Assembly (NCBI GenBank): GCA_964016885.1
Contig: OZ024744.1
Span: forward strand, 13,020,001 to 13,084,000
From: Eledone cirrhosa
Lineage: Eukaryota
DNA: 64,000 bases
Reading direction: 5' to 3'
The notes under the pieces are model-generated. The model had not been told where the DNA came from. It saw only the letters and a program-made list of their open reading frames with translations, and did no database searches. The position numbers and the translations under genes are program-made. Each line of letters opens with the position of its first letter. The stretch's first letter is position 1. This document shows, in pieces, positions 40,941-55,899 of this stretch.

Positions 40941-42809
40941 GCTACACTCTAAATTGAGAGATCACAACTCCAATACTATAGACATGGGGTTTGAATGTCT
41001 CAGTAGATTAGAGAGTCACTCCAGTTAAAGCTACTCTCTAAATTGAGAGATCACAACTCCCATACTATGGACATGTGGTTAGAATGTCTCAGTAGATCAG
41101 AGAGTCACTCCAGTTAAAGCTACTCTCTAAATTGAGAGATCACAACTCCCATACTATGGACATGTGTTTAGAATGTCTCAGATGATCAGAATGTCACTCC
41201 AGTTAAAGCCACTCTCTAAATTGAGAGATCACAACTCCAATACTATGGTCATGTGGTTAGAATGTCTCAGTAGATCAGAGTGTCACTCCAGTTAAAGCCA
41301 CTCTCAAAATTGAGAGATCACAACTACCATACTATGGACATGTGGTTTGAATGTTTCAGTAGATCAGAGAGTCACTCCGGTTAAAGCCACTCTCTAAATT
41401 GAGAGATCACAACTCCAATACTATGGACATGTGGCTCAGAATTTCTCAGTAGATTGGAGTGTCACTCCAGTTAAAGCTACTCTCTAAATTGAGAGATCAC
41501 AACTCCCATACTATGGACATGTGGGTAGAATGTCTCAGATGATCAGAGTGTCACTCCAGTTAAAACCACTCTCTAAATTGAAAGATCACAACTCCAATAC
41601 TATGTACATGGGGTTTGAATGTCTCAGTAGATCAGAGAGTCACTCCAGTTAAAGCCACTCTCTAAATTGAAAGATCACAACTCCAATACTATGGCCATGG
41701 TGTTTGAATCTCTCAGTAGATCAGAGTGTCACTCCAGTTAAAGCTACTCTCTAAATTGAGATATCACAACTCCAATACTATGAACATGGGGTTTGAATGT
41801 CTCAGTAGATAAGAGAGTCACTCCAGTTAAAGCTACTCTATAAATTGAGAGATCACAACTCCAATACTATGGACATGGGGTATGAATGTCTCAGTAGATC
41901 GGAGTGACACTCCAGTTAAAGCTACTCTCTAAATTGAGAGATCACAACTCCAATACTATGGACATGGGGTTTGAATGTCTCAGTAGATCAGAGAGTCACT
42001 TCAGTTAAAGCTAATCTCTAAATTGAGAGATCACAACTCCCATACTATGGACATGTGGGTAGAATGTCTCAGTAGATCAGAGAGTCACTCCAATTAAAGC
42101 CACTCTCTAAATTTAGAGATCACAACTCCAATACTATGGACAAGTGGTTAGAATGTCTCAGTAGATCAGAGTGTCACTCCAGTTAAAGCCACTCTCTAAA
42201 TTGAGAGATCACAACTTCCATACTATGGACATGTGGTTAGAATGTCTCAGTAGATCAGAGAGTCACTCCAGTTAAAGCCACTCTCAAAATTGAGAGATCA
42301 CACCTTCCATACTATGGACATGTGGTTAGAATGTCTCAGTAGATCAAAGAGTCACTCCAGTTAAAGCTACTCTCTAACTTGAGAGATCACAACTCCCATA
42401 CTATGGACATGTGGTTAGAATGTCTCAGTAGATCAGAGAGTCACTCCAGTTAAAGCCACTCTCTAAATTGAGAGATCACAACTCCAATACTATGGACATG
42501 AGGTTAGAATGTCTCAGTACATCAGAGTGTCACTCCAGTTGAAGCCACTCTCTAAATTGAGAGATCACAACTCCAATACTATGGACATGGGGTTTGAATG
42601 TCTCAGTAGATCAGAGAGTCACTCCAGTTAAAGCCACTCTCTAAATTGAAAGATAACAACTCCAATACTATGAACATGGGGTTTGAATGTCTCAGTAGAT
42701 CAGAGAGTCACTCCAGTTAAAGCTACTCTATAAATTGAGAGATCACAACTCCAATACTATGGACATGTGGTATGAATGTCTCAGTAGATCGGAGTGTCAC
42801 TCCAGTTAA

Positions 42810-45800
42810 AGCTACTCTCTAAATTGAGAGATCACAACTCCAATACTATGGACATGTGGTTAGAATGTCTCAGTAGATCAGAGTGTCACTCCAGTTGAAG
42901 CCACTCTCTAAATTGAGAGATCACAACTCCAATACTATGGACATGGAGTTTGAATGTCTCAGTAGATCAGAGAGTCACTCCAGTTAAAGCCACTCTCTAA
43001 ATTGAAAGATCACAACTCCAATACTATGGACATGGTGTTTGAATCTCTCAGTAGATTAGAGAGTCACTCCAGTTGAAGCTACTCTCTAAATTGAGAGATC
43101 AGAACTCCCATACTATGGACATGGGGTATGAATGTCTCAGTAGATCGGAGTGTCACTCCAGTTAAAGCTACTCTCTAAATTGAGAGATCACAACTCCAAT
43201 ACTATGGACATGGGGTTTGAATGTCTCAGTAGACCAGAGTGTCACTCCAGTTAAAGCTACTCTCTAAAATGAGAGATCACAACTCCCATACTATGGACAT
43301 CTGGTTAGAATGTCTCAGTAGATTAGAGAGTCACTCCAGTTGAAGCTACTCTCTAAATTGAGAGATCAGAACTCCCATACTATGGACATGGGGTTTGAAT
43401 GTCTCAGTAGGTCAGAGAGTCACTCCAGTTAAAGCTACTCTCTAAATTGAGAGATCACAACTCCAATACTATGGACATGGTATATGAATGTCTCAGTATA
43501 TCGGAGTGTCTCTCCAGTTAAAGCTACTCTCTAAATTGAGAGATCACAACTCCAATACTATGGACATGGGGTTTGAATGTCTCAGTAGATCAGAGAGTCA
43601 CTTCAGTTAAATGCTACTCTCTAAATTGAGAGATCACAACTCCAATACTATGGACATGGGGTTTGAATGTCTCAGTATATCAGAGAGTCACTCCAGTTAA
43701 AGCTACTCTCTAAATTGAGAGATCACAACTCCCATACTATGGACATGGGGTTTGAATGTCTCAGTGGATCAGAGAGTCACTCCAGTTAAAGCTACTCTCT
43801 AAATTGAGAGATCACAACTCCAATACTATGGACATGGGGTTTGAATGTCTCAGTAGATCAGAGTGTCACTCCAGTTAAAGCTACTCTCTAAATTGAAAGA
43901 TCACAACTCCAATACTATGGACATGTGGTTAGAATTTCTCAGTAGATTAGAGTGTCACTCCAGTTAAAGCTACTCTCTAAATTGAGAGATCACAACTCCC
44001 ATACTATGGACATGTGGGTAGAATGTCTCAGTAGATCAGAGAGTCACTCTAATTAAAGCCACTTTCTAAATTGAGAGATCACAACTCCAATACTATGGAC
44101 AAGTGGTTAGAATGTCTCAGTAGATCAGAGTGTCACTCCAGTTAAAGCCACTCTCTAAATTGAGAGATCACAACTTCCATACTATGGACATGTGGTTAGA
44201 ATGTCTCAGTAGATCAGAGAGTCACTCTAGTTAAAGCCACTCTCTAAATTGAGAGATCACACCTTCCATACTATGGACATGTGGTTAGAATGTCTCAGTA
44301 GATCAGAGAGTCACTCCAGTTAAAGCTACTCTCTAACTTGAGAGATCACAACTCCCATACTATGGACATGTGGTTAGAATGTCTCAGTAGATCAGAGAGT
44401 CACTCCAGTTAAAGCCACTCTCTAAATTGAGAGATCACAACTCCAATACTATGGACATGTGGCTAGAATGTCTCAGTAGATCAGAGTGTCACTCCAGTTG
44501 AAGCCACTCTCTAAATTGAGAGATCACAACTTCCATACTATGGACATGTGGTTAGAATTTCTCAGTAGATTGGAGTGTCACTCCAGTTAAAGCTACTCTC
44601 TAAATTGAGAGATCACAACATCCCATACTATGGACATGTGGTTAGAATGTCTCAGTAGATCAGAGAGTCACTCCAGTTAAAGCCACTCTCTAAATTGAAA
44701 GATCACAACTCCAATACTATGGACATGGTGTATGAATCTCTCAGTAGATCAGAGTGTCACTCCAGTTAAAGCTACTCTCTAAATTGAGATATCACAACTC
44801 CAATACTATGAACATGGGGTTTGAATGTCTCAGTAGATCAGAGAGTCACTCCAGTTAAAGCTACTCTCTAAATTGAGAGATCACAACTCCAATACTATGG
44901 ACATGTGGTTAGAATGTCTCAGTAAATCAGAGAGTCACGCCAGTTAAAGCTACTCTCTAAATTGAGAGATCACAACTCCCATACTATGGACATGTGGTTA
45001 GAATGTCTCAGTAGATCAGAGAGTCACTCCAGTTAAAGCTACTCTCTAAATAAAGAGATGACAACTGCAATACTATGGACATGGGGTTTGAATGTGTCAG
45101 TAGATCAGAGAGTCACTCCAGTTAAAGCTACTCTCGAAATTGAGAGATCACAACTCCCATACTATGGACATGTGGTTAGAATGTCTCAGTAGATCAGAGA
45201 GTCACTCCAGTTAAAGCTACTCTCTAAATTGAGAGATCACAACTCCAATACTATGGACATGTGGTTAGAATGTCTCAGTAGATCAGAGAGCCACTCCAGT
45301 TAAAGCCACTCTCTAAATTGAGAGATCACAACTCCAATACTATGGTCATGTGGTTAGAATGTCTCAGTAGATCAGAGAGTCACTCCAGTTAAAGCTACTC
45401 TCTAAATTGAGAGATCACAACTCCAATACTATAGACATGGGGTTTGAATGTCTCAGTAGATTAGAGAGTCACTCCAGTTAAAGCTACTCTCTAAATTGAG
45501 AGATCACAACTCCCATACTATGGACATGTGGTTAGAATGTCTCAGTAGATCAGAGAGTCACTCCAGTTAAAGCTACTCTCTAAATTGAGAGATCACAACT
45601 CCCATACTATGGACATGTGTTTAGAATGTCTCAGATGATCAGAGTGTCACTCCAGTTAAAACCACTCTCTAAATTGAAAGATCACAACTCCAATACTATG
45701 GACATGGGGTTTGAATGTCTCAGTAGATCAGAGAGTCACTTCAGTTAAAGCCACTCTCTAAATTGAAAGATCACAACTCCAATACTATGGCCATGGTGTT

Positions 45801-48800
45801 TGAATCTCTCAGTAGATCAGAGTGTCACTCCAGTTAAAGCTACTCTCTAAATTGAGATATCACAACTCCAATATAATGAACATGGGGTTTGAATGTCTCA
45901 GTAGATCAGAGAGTCACTCCAGTTAAAGCTACTCTATAAATTGAGAGATCACAACTCCAATACTATGGACATGGGGTTTGAATGTCTCAGTAGATCAGAG
46001 AGTCACTTCAGTTAAAGCTACTCTCTAAATTGAGAGATCACAACTCCAATACTATGGACATGGGGTTAGAATGTCTCAGTAGATCAGAGAGTCACTCTAG
46101 TTAAAGCCACTCTCTAAATTGAGAGATCACACCTTCCATACTATGGACATGTGGTTAGAATGTCTCAGTAGATCAGAGAGTCACTCCAGTTAAAGCTACT
46201 CTCTAAATTCAGAGATCACAACATCCCATACTATGGACATGTGGGTAGAACGTCTCAGTAGATCAGAGAGTCACTCCAGTTAAAGCCACTCTCTAAATTG
46301 AAAGATCACAACTCCAATACTATGGACATGGTGTTTGAATCTCTCAGTAGATCAGAGTGTCACTCCAGTTAAAGCTACTCTCTAAATTGAGATATCACAA
46401 CTCCAATACTATGAACATGGGGTTAGAATGTCTCAGTAGATCAGAGAGTCACTCCAGTTAAAGCTACTCTCTAAATAAAGAGATGACAACTCCAATACTA
46501 TGGACATGGGGTTTGAATGTCTCAGTAGATCAGAGAGTCACTCCAGTTAAAGCTACTCTCTAAATTGAGAGATCACAACGCCCATACTATGGACATGTGG
46601 TTAGAATGTCTCAGTAGATCAGAGAGTCACTCCAGTTAAAGCTACTCTCTAAATTGAGAGATCACAACTCCAATACTATGGACATGTGGTTAGAATGTCT
46701 CAGTAGATCAGAGAGCCACTCCAGTTAAAGCCACTCTCTAAATTGAGAGATCACAACTCCAATACTATGGTCATGTGGTTAGAATGTCTCAGTAGATCAG
46801 AGTGTCACTCCAGTTAAAGCTACTCTCTAAATTGAGAGATCACAACTCCAATACTATGGACATGTGGTTAGAATGTCTCAGTAGATCAGAGTGTCACTCC
46901 AGTTGAAGCCACTCTCTAAATTGAGAGATCACAACTCCAATACTATGGACATGGAGTTTGAATGTCTCAGTAGATCAGAGAGTCACTCCAGTTAAAGCCA
47001 CTCTCTAAATTGAAAGATCACAACTCCAATACTATGGACATGGTGTTTGAATCTCTCAGTAGATCAGAGTGTCACTCCAGTTAAAGCTACTCTCTAAATT
47101 GAGATATCACAACTCCAATACTATGAACATGGGGTTTGAATGTCTCAGTAGATCAGAGAGTCACTCCAGTTAAAGCTACTCTATAAATTGAGAGATTACA
47201 ACTCCAATACTATGGACATGGGGTATGAATGTCTCAGTAGATCGGAGTGTCACTCCAGTTAAAGCTACTCTCTAAATTGAGAGATCACAACTCCAATACT
47301 ATGGACATGGGGTTTGAATGTCTCAGTAGACCAGAGTGTCACTCCAGTTAAAGCTACTCTCTAAAATGAGAGATCACAACTCCCATACTATGGACATCTG
47401 GTTAGAATGTCTCAGTAGATTAGAGAGTCACTCCAGTTGAAGCTACTCTCTAAATTGAGAGATCAGAACTCCCATACTATGGACATGGGGTTTGAATGTC
47501 TCAGTAGGTCAGAGAGTCACTCCAGTTAAAGCTACTCTCTAAATTGAGAGATCACAACTCCAATACTATGGACATGGTATATGAATGTCTCAGTATATCG
47601 GAGTGTCTCTCCAGTTAAAGCTACTCTCTAAATTGAGAGATCACAACTCCAATACTATGGACATGGGGTTTGAATGTCTCAGTAGATCAGAGAGTCACTT
47701 CAGTTAAATGCTACTCTCTAAATTGAGAGATCACAACTCCAATACTATGGACATGGGGTTTGAATGTCTCAGTAGATCAGAGAGTCACTCCAGTTAAAGC
47801 TACTCTCTAAATTGAGAGATCACAACTCCCATACTATGGACATGGGGTTTGAATGTCTCAGTGGATCAGAGAGTCACTCCAGTTAAAGCTACTCTCTAAA
47901 TTGAGAGATCACAACTCCAATACTATGGACATGGGGTTTGAATGCCTCAGTAGATCAGAGTGTCACTCCAGTTAAAGCTACTCTCTAAATTGAAAGATCA
48001 CAACTCCAATACTATGGACATGTGGTTAGAATTTCTCAGTAGATTAGAGTGTCACTCCAGTTAAAGCTACTCTCTAAATTGAGAGATCACAACTCCCATA
48101 CTATGGACATGTGGGTAGAATGTCTCAGTAGATCAGAGAGTCACTCTAATTAAAGCCACTTTCTAAATTGAGAGATCACAACTCCAATACTATGGACAAG
48201 TGGTTAGAATGTCTCAGTAGATCAGAGTGTCACTCCAGTTAAAGCCACTCTCTAAATTGAGAGATCACAACTTCCATACTATGGACATGTGGTTAGAATG
48301 TCTCAGTAGATCAGAGAGTCACTCTAGTTAAAGCCACTCTCTAAATTGTGAGATCACACCTTCCATACTATGGACATGTGGTTAGAATGTCTCAGTAGAT
48401 CAGAGAGTCACTCCAGTTAAAGCTACTCTCTAACTTGAGAGATCACAACTCCCATACTATGGACATGTGGTTAGAATGTCTCAGTAGATCAGAGAGTCAC
48501 TCCAGTTAAAGCCACTCTCTAAATTGAGAGATCACAACTCCAATACTATGGACATGTGGCTAGAATGTCTCAGTAGATCAGAGTGTCACTCCAGTTGAAG
48601 CCACTCTCTAAATTGAGAGATCACAACTTCCATACTATGGACATGTGGTTAGAATTTCTCAGTAGATTGGAGTGTCACTCCAGTTAAAGCTACTCTCTAA
48701 ATTGAGAGATCACAGCATCCCATACTATGGACATGTGGGTAGAACGTCTCAGTAGATCAGAGAGTCACTCCAGTTAAAGGGACTCTCTAAATTGAGAGAT

Positions 48801-51430
48801 CACAACTCCAATACTATGGACATGTGGTTAGAATGTCTCAGTAGATCAGAGAGTCACTCCAGTTAAAGCCACTCTCTAAATTGAAAGATCACAACTCCAA
48901 TACTATGGACATGGTGTATGAATCTCTCAGTAGATCAGAGTGTCACTCCAGTTAAAGCTACTCTCTAAATTGAGATATCACAACTCCAATACTATGAACA
49001 TGGGGTTTGAATGTCTCAGTAGATCAGAGAGTCACTCCAGTTAAAGCTACTCTCTAAATTGAGAGATCACAACTCCAATACTATGGACATGTGGTTAGAA
49101 TGTCTCAGTAAATCAGAGAGTCACGCCAGTTAAAGCTACTCTCTAAATTGAGAGATCACAACTCCCATACTATGGACATGTGGTTAGAATGTCTCAGTAG
49201 ATCAGAGAGTCACTCCAGTTAAAGCTACTCTCTAAATAAAGAGATGACAACTGCAATACTATGGACATGGGGTTTGAATGTCTCAGTAGATCAGAGAGTC
49301 ACTCCAGTTAAAGCTACTCTCTAAATTGAGAGATCACAACTCCCATACTATGGACATGTGGTTAGAATGTCTCAGTAGATCAGAGAGTCACTCCAGTTAA
49401 AGCTACTCTCTAAATTGAGAGATCACAACTCCAATACTATGGACATGTGGTTAGAATGTCTCAGTAGATCAGAGAGCCACTCCAGTTAAAGCCACTCTCT
49501 AAATTGAGAGATCACAACTCCAATACTATGGTCATGTGGTTAGAATGTCTCAGTAGATCAGAGAGTCACTCCAGTTAAAGCTACTCTCTAAATTGAGAGA
49601 TCACAACTCCAATACTATAGACATGGGGTTTGAATGTCTCAGTAGATTAGAGAGTCACTCCAGTTAAAGCTACTCTCTAAATTGAGAGATCACAACTCCC
49701 ATACTATGGACATGTGGTTAGAATGTCTCAGTAGATCAGAGAGTCACTCCAGTTAAAGCTACTCTCTAAATTGAGAGATCACAACTCCCATACTATGGAC
49801 ATGTGTTTAGAATGTCTCAGATGATCAGAGTGTCACTCCAGTTAAAACCACTCTCTAAATTGAGAGATCACAACTCCAATAATATGGTCATGTGGTTAGA
49901 ATGTCTCAGTAGATCAGAGTGTCACTCCAGTTAAAGCCACTCTCTAAATTGAGAGATCACAACTACCATACAATGGACATGTGGTTTGAATGTTTCAGTA
50001 GATCAGAGAGTCACTCCGGTTAAAGCCACTCTCTAAATTGAGAGATCACAACTCCAATACTATGGACATGTGGTTAGAATTTCTCAGTAGATTGGAGTGT
50101 CACTCCAGTTAAAGCTACTCTCTAAATTGAGAGATCACAACTCCCATACTATGGACATGTGGGTAGAATGTCTCAGATGATCAGAGTGTCACTCCAGTTA
50201 AAACCACTCTCTAAATTGAAAGATCACAACTCCAATACTATGGACATGGGGTTTGAATGTCTCAGTAGATCAGAGAGTCACTTCAGTTAAAGCCACTCTC
50301 TAAATTGAAAGATCACAACTCCAATACTATGGCCATGGTGTTTGAATCTCTCAGTAGATCAGAGTGTCACTCCAGTTAAAGCTACTCTCTAAATTGAGAT
50401 ATCACAACTCCAATACTATGAACATGGGGTTTGAATGTCTCAGTAGATCAGAGAGTCACTCCAGTTAAAGCTACTCTATAAATTGAGAGATCACAACTCC
50501 AATACTATGGACATGGGGTTTGAATGTCTCAGTAGATCAGAGAGTCACTTCAGTTAAAGCTACTCTCTAAATTGAGAGATCACAACTCCAATACTATGGA
50601 CATGGGGTTAGAATGTCTCAGTAGATCAGAGAGTCACTCTAGTTAAAGCCACTCTCTAAATTGAGAGATCACACCTTCCATACTATGGACATGTGGTTAG
50701 AATGTCTCAGTAGATCAGAGAGTCACTCCAGTTAAAGCTACTCTCTAAATTCAGAGATCACAACATCCCATACTATGGACATGTGGGTAGAACGTCTCAG
50801 TAGATCAGAGAGTCACTCCAGTTAAAGCCACTCTCTAAATTGAGAGATCACAACTCCAATACTATGGACATGTGGTTAGAATGTCTCAGTAGATCAGAGA
50901 GTCACTCCAGTTAAAGCCACTCTCTAAATTGAAAGATCACAACTCCAATACTATGGACTTGGTGTTTGAATCTCTCAGTAGATCAGAGTGTCACTCCAGT
51001 TAAAGCTACTCTCTAAATTGAGATATCACAACTCCAATACTATGAACATGGGGTTAGAATGTCTCAGTAGATCAGAGAGTCACTCCAGTTAAAGCTACTC
51101 TCTAAATAAAGAGATGACAACTCCAATACTATGGACATGGGGTTTGAATGTCTCAGTAGATCAGAGAGTCACTCCAGTTAAAGCTACTCTCTAAATTGAG
51201 AGATCACAACTCCCATACTATGGACATGTGGTTAGAATGTCTCAGTAGATCAGAGAGTCACTCCAGTTAAAGCTACTCTCTAAATTGAGAGATCACAACT
51301 CCAATACTATGGACATGTGTTTAGAATGTCTCAGTAGATCAGAGAGCCACTCCAGTTAAAGCCACTCTCTAAATTGAGAGATCACAACTCCAATACTATG
51401 GTCATGTGGTTAGAATGTCTCAGTAGATCA
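42810..51430 (+). repeat. Tandem duplication of a ~4.1-4.5-kb (46-51 monomer) block
   Basis: +1 insertion ATGCTAC 43611/47708 (46x89+3); AGTAAATC 44921/49107 (47x89+3); TTCAGAGATCACAACATCCC 46208/50750 (51x89+3). Confidence 0.87.
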
Positions 51431-54400
51431 CAGAGTCACTCCAGTTAAAGCTACTCTCTAAATTGAGAGATCACAACTCCAATACTATAGACATGGGGTT
51501 TGAATGTCTCAGTAGATTAGAGAGTCACTCCAGTTAAAGCTACTCTCTAAATTGAGAGATCACAACTCCCATACTATGGACATGTGGTTAGAATGTCTCA
51601 GTAGATCAGAGAGTCACTCCAGTTAAAGCTACTCTCTAAATTGAGAGATCACAACTCCCATACTATGGACATGTGTTTAGAATGTCTCAGATGATCAGAG
51701 TGTCACTCCAGTTAAAACCACTCTCTAAATTGAGAGATCACAATTCCAATACTATGGTCATGTGGTTAGAATGTCTCAGTAGATCAGAGTGTCACTCCAG
51801 TTAAAGCCACTCTTTAAATTGAGAGATCACAACTACCATACTATGGACATGTGGTTTGAATGTTTCAGTAGATCAGAGAGTCACTCCGGTTAAAGCCACT
51901 CTCTAAATTGAGAGATCACAACTCCAATACTATGGACATGTGGTTAGAATTTCTCAGTAGATTGGAGTGTCACTCCAGTTAAAGCTACTCTCTAAATTGA
52001 GAGATCACAACTCCCATACTATGGACATGTGGGTAGAATGTCTCAGATGATCAGAGTGTCACTCCAGTTAAAACCACTCTCTAAATTGAAAGATCACAAC
52101 TCCAATACTATGGACATGGGGTTTGAATGTCTCAGTAGATCAGAGAGTCACTCCACTTAAAGCTACTCTATAAATTGAGAGATCACAACTCCAATACTAT
52201 GGACATGGGGTATGAATGTCTCAGTAGATCGGAGTGTCACTCCAGTTAAAATAACTCTCTAAATTGAGAGATCACAACTCCAATACTATGGACATGGGGT
52301 TTGAATGTCTCAGTAGATCAGAGAGTCACTCCAGTTAAAGCTAATCTCTAAATTGAGAGATCACAACTCCAATACTATGCACATGGGGTTCGAATGTCTC
52401 AGTAGATCAGAGTGTCACTCCAGTTAAAGCTACTCTCTAAATTGAAATATCACAACTCCAATACTATGGACATGTGGTTAGAATGTCTCAGTAGATCAGA
52501 GAGTCACTCCAGTTAAAGCTACTCTCTAACTTGAGAGATCACAACTCCCATATTATGGACATGTGGTTAGAATGTCTCAGTAGATCAGAGAGTCACTCCA
52601 GTTAAAGCCACTCTCTAAATTGAGAGATCACAACTCCAATACTATGGACATGTGGTTAGAATGTCTCAGTAGATCAGAGTGTCACTCCAGTTGAAGCCAC
52701 TCTCTAAATTGAGAGATCACAACTTGCATACTATGGACATGTGGTTAGAATGTCTCAGTAGATTAGAGTGTCATACCAGTTAAAGCTACTCTCTAAATTG
52801 AGTGATCACAACTCCCATACTATGGACATGTTGGTAGAATGTCTCAGTAGATCAGAGAGTCACTCCAGTTAAATAAACTAATTCTCTAATTGAGAGATCA
52901 CAACACCCATATTATGAACATGTGGTTAGAATGTCTCAGATGATCAGAGTGTCACTCCAGTTAAAGCCACTCTCTAAATTGAGAGATCACAACTCCCATA
53001 CTATGGACATGTGGTTAGAATGTCTCAGTAGATCAGAGAGTCACTCCAGTTAAAACCACTCTCTAAATTGAGAGATCACAACTCCAATACTATGGACATG
53101 TGGTTAGAATGTCTCAGTAGATCAGAGTGTCACTCCAGTTAAAGCTACTCTCTAAATTGAGAGATCACAACTCCAATACTATGAACATGGGGTTAGAATG
53201 TCTCAGTAGATTAGAGTGTCACTCCAGTTAAATCCACTCTCTAAATTGAGAGATCACAACGCCCATCCTATGGACATGTGGGTAGAATGTGTCAGTAGAT
53301 CAGAGAGTCACTCCAGTTAAAGCCACTCTCTAAATTGAGAGATCACAACTCCAATACTATGGACATGTGGTTAGAATGTCTCAGTAGATCAGAGAGTCAC
53401 TCCAGTTAAAGCTACTCTCTAAATTGAGAGATGACAACTCCAATACTATGGACATGTGCTTAGAATGTCTCAGTAGATCAGAGAGTCACTCCAGTTAAAG
53501 CTACTCTCTAAATTGAGAGATCACAACTCCAATACTATGGACATGGGGTTTGAATGTCTCAGTAGACCAGAGTGTCACTCCATTTAAAGCTACTCTCTAA
53601 AATGAGAGATCACAACTTCCATACTATGGACATGTGGTTAGAATGTCTCAGTATATCAGAGAGTCACTCCAGTTGAAGCCACTCTCTAAATTGAGAGATC
53701 ACAACTCCCATACTATGGACATGGGGTTTGAATGTCTCAGTAGATCAGAGAGTCACTCCAGTTAAAGCTACTCTCTGAATTGAGAGATCACAACTCCAAT
53801 ACTATGGACATGGGGTTTGAATGTCTCAGTAGACCAGAGAGTCACTCCAGATAAAGTTACTCTCTAAATTGAGAGATCACAACTCCCATACTATGGACAT
53901 GTGGTTAGAATGTCTCAGTAGATCAGAGAGTCACTCCAGTTAAAGCTACTCTCTAAATTGAGAGATCACAACTCCCATACTATGGCCATGTGTTTAGAAT
54001 GTCTCAGATGATCAGAGTGTCACTCCAGTTAAAACCACTCTCTAAACTGAGAGATCACAACTCCAATACTATGGTCATGTGGTTCGAATGTCTCAGTAGA
54101 TCAGAGAATCACTCCAGTTAAAGCCACTCTCTAAATTGAGAGATCACAACTCCAATACTAGGGTCATGTCGTTAGAATGTCTCAGTAGATCAGAGAGTCA
54201 CTCCAGTTAAAGCCACTCTCTAAATTGAAAGATCACACCTCCAGTACTATGGACATGGTGTTTGAATCTCTCAGTAGATCAGAGTGTCACTCCAGTTAAA
54301 GCTACTCTCTAAATTGAGAACTCACAACTCCAATACTATGAATATGGTGTTTGAATGTCTCAGTAGATCAGAGAGTCACTCCAGTTAAAGCTAGTCTCTA

Positions 54401-55899
54401 AATTGAGAGATCACATCTCCATTACTATGGACATGTGGTTAGAATGTCTCAGTAGATTAGAGTGTCACTCCAGTTAAAGCTACTCTCTAAATTGAGAGAT
54501 CACAACTGCCATACTATGGACATGTGGTTAGAATGTCTCAGTAGATCAGAGAGTCACTCCAGTTAAAGCTACTCTCTAAATTGAGAGATGACAACTCCAA
54601 TACTATGGACATGGGGTTTGAATGTCTCAGTAGATCAGTGTGTCACTCCAGTTAAAGCTACTATCTAAATTGAGAGATCACAACTCCAATACTATGGACA
54701 TGGGGTTTGAATGTCTCAGTAGATCAGAGAGTCACTCCAGTTAAAGCTACTCTCTAAAATGAGAGATCACAACTCCCATACTATGGACATCTGGTTGGAA
54801 TGTCTCAGTAGATCAGGGAGTTACTCCAGTTAAAGCTACTCTCTAAATTGAGAGATCACAACTCCAATACTATGGACATGTGGTTAGAATGTCTCAGTAG
54901 ATCAGAGAGTCACTCCAGTTAAAGCCACTCTCTAAATTGAGAGATCACAACTCCAATACTATGGTCATGTGGTTAGAATGTCTCAGTAGATCAGAGAGTC
55001 ACGCCAGTTAAAGCTACTCTCTAAATTGAGAGATCACAACTCCCATACTATGGACATGTGGTTAGAATGTCTCAGTAGATCAGAGAGTCACTCCAGTTAA
55101 AGCTACTCTCTAAATTGAGAGATGACAACTCCAATACTATGGACATGGGGTTTGAATGTCTCAGTAGATCAGAGAGTCACTCCAGTTAAAGCTACTCTCT
55201 AAATTGAGAGATCACAACTCCCATACTATGGACATGTGGTTAGAATGTCTCAGTAGATCAGAGAGTCACTCCAGTTAAAGCTACTCTCTAAATTGAGAGA
55301 TCACAACTCCAATACTATGGACATGTGGTTAGAACGTCTCAGTAGATCAGAGAGCCACTCCAGTTAAAGCCACTCTCTAAATTGAGAGATCACAACTCCA
55401 ATACTATGGTCATGTGGTTAGAATGTCTCAGTAGATCAGAGAGTCACTCCAGTTAAAGCTACTCTCTAAATTGAGAGATCACAACTCCAATACTATAGAC
55501 ATGTGGTTTGAATGTCTCAGTAGATCAGAGAGTCACTCCAGTTAAAGCTACTCTCTAAATTGAGAGATCACAACTCCCATACTATGGACATGTGGTTAGA
55601 ATGTCTCAGTAGATCAGAGAGACACTCCAGTTAAAGCTACTCTCTAAATTGAGAGATCACAACTCCCATACTATAGACATGTGTTTAGAAAGTCTCAGAT
55701 GATCAGAGTGTCACTCCAGTTAAAACCACTCTCTAAATTGAGAGATCACAACTCCAATACTATGGTCATGTGGTTAGAATGTCTCAGTAGATCAGAGAGT
55801 CACTCCAGTTAAAGCCACTCTCTAAATTGAGAGATCACAACTCCAATACTATGGACATGTGGTTAGAATGTCTCAGTAGATCAGAGTGTCACTCCAGTT

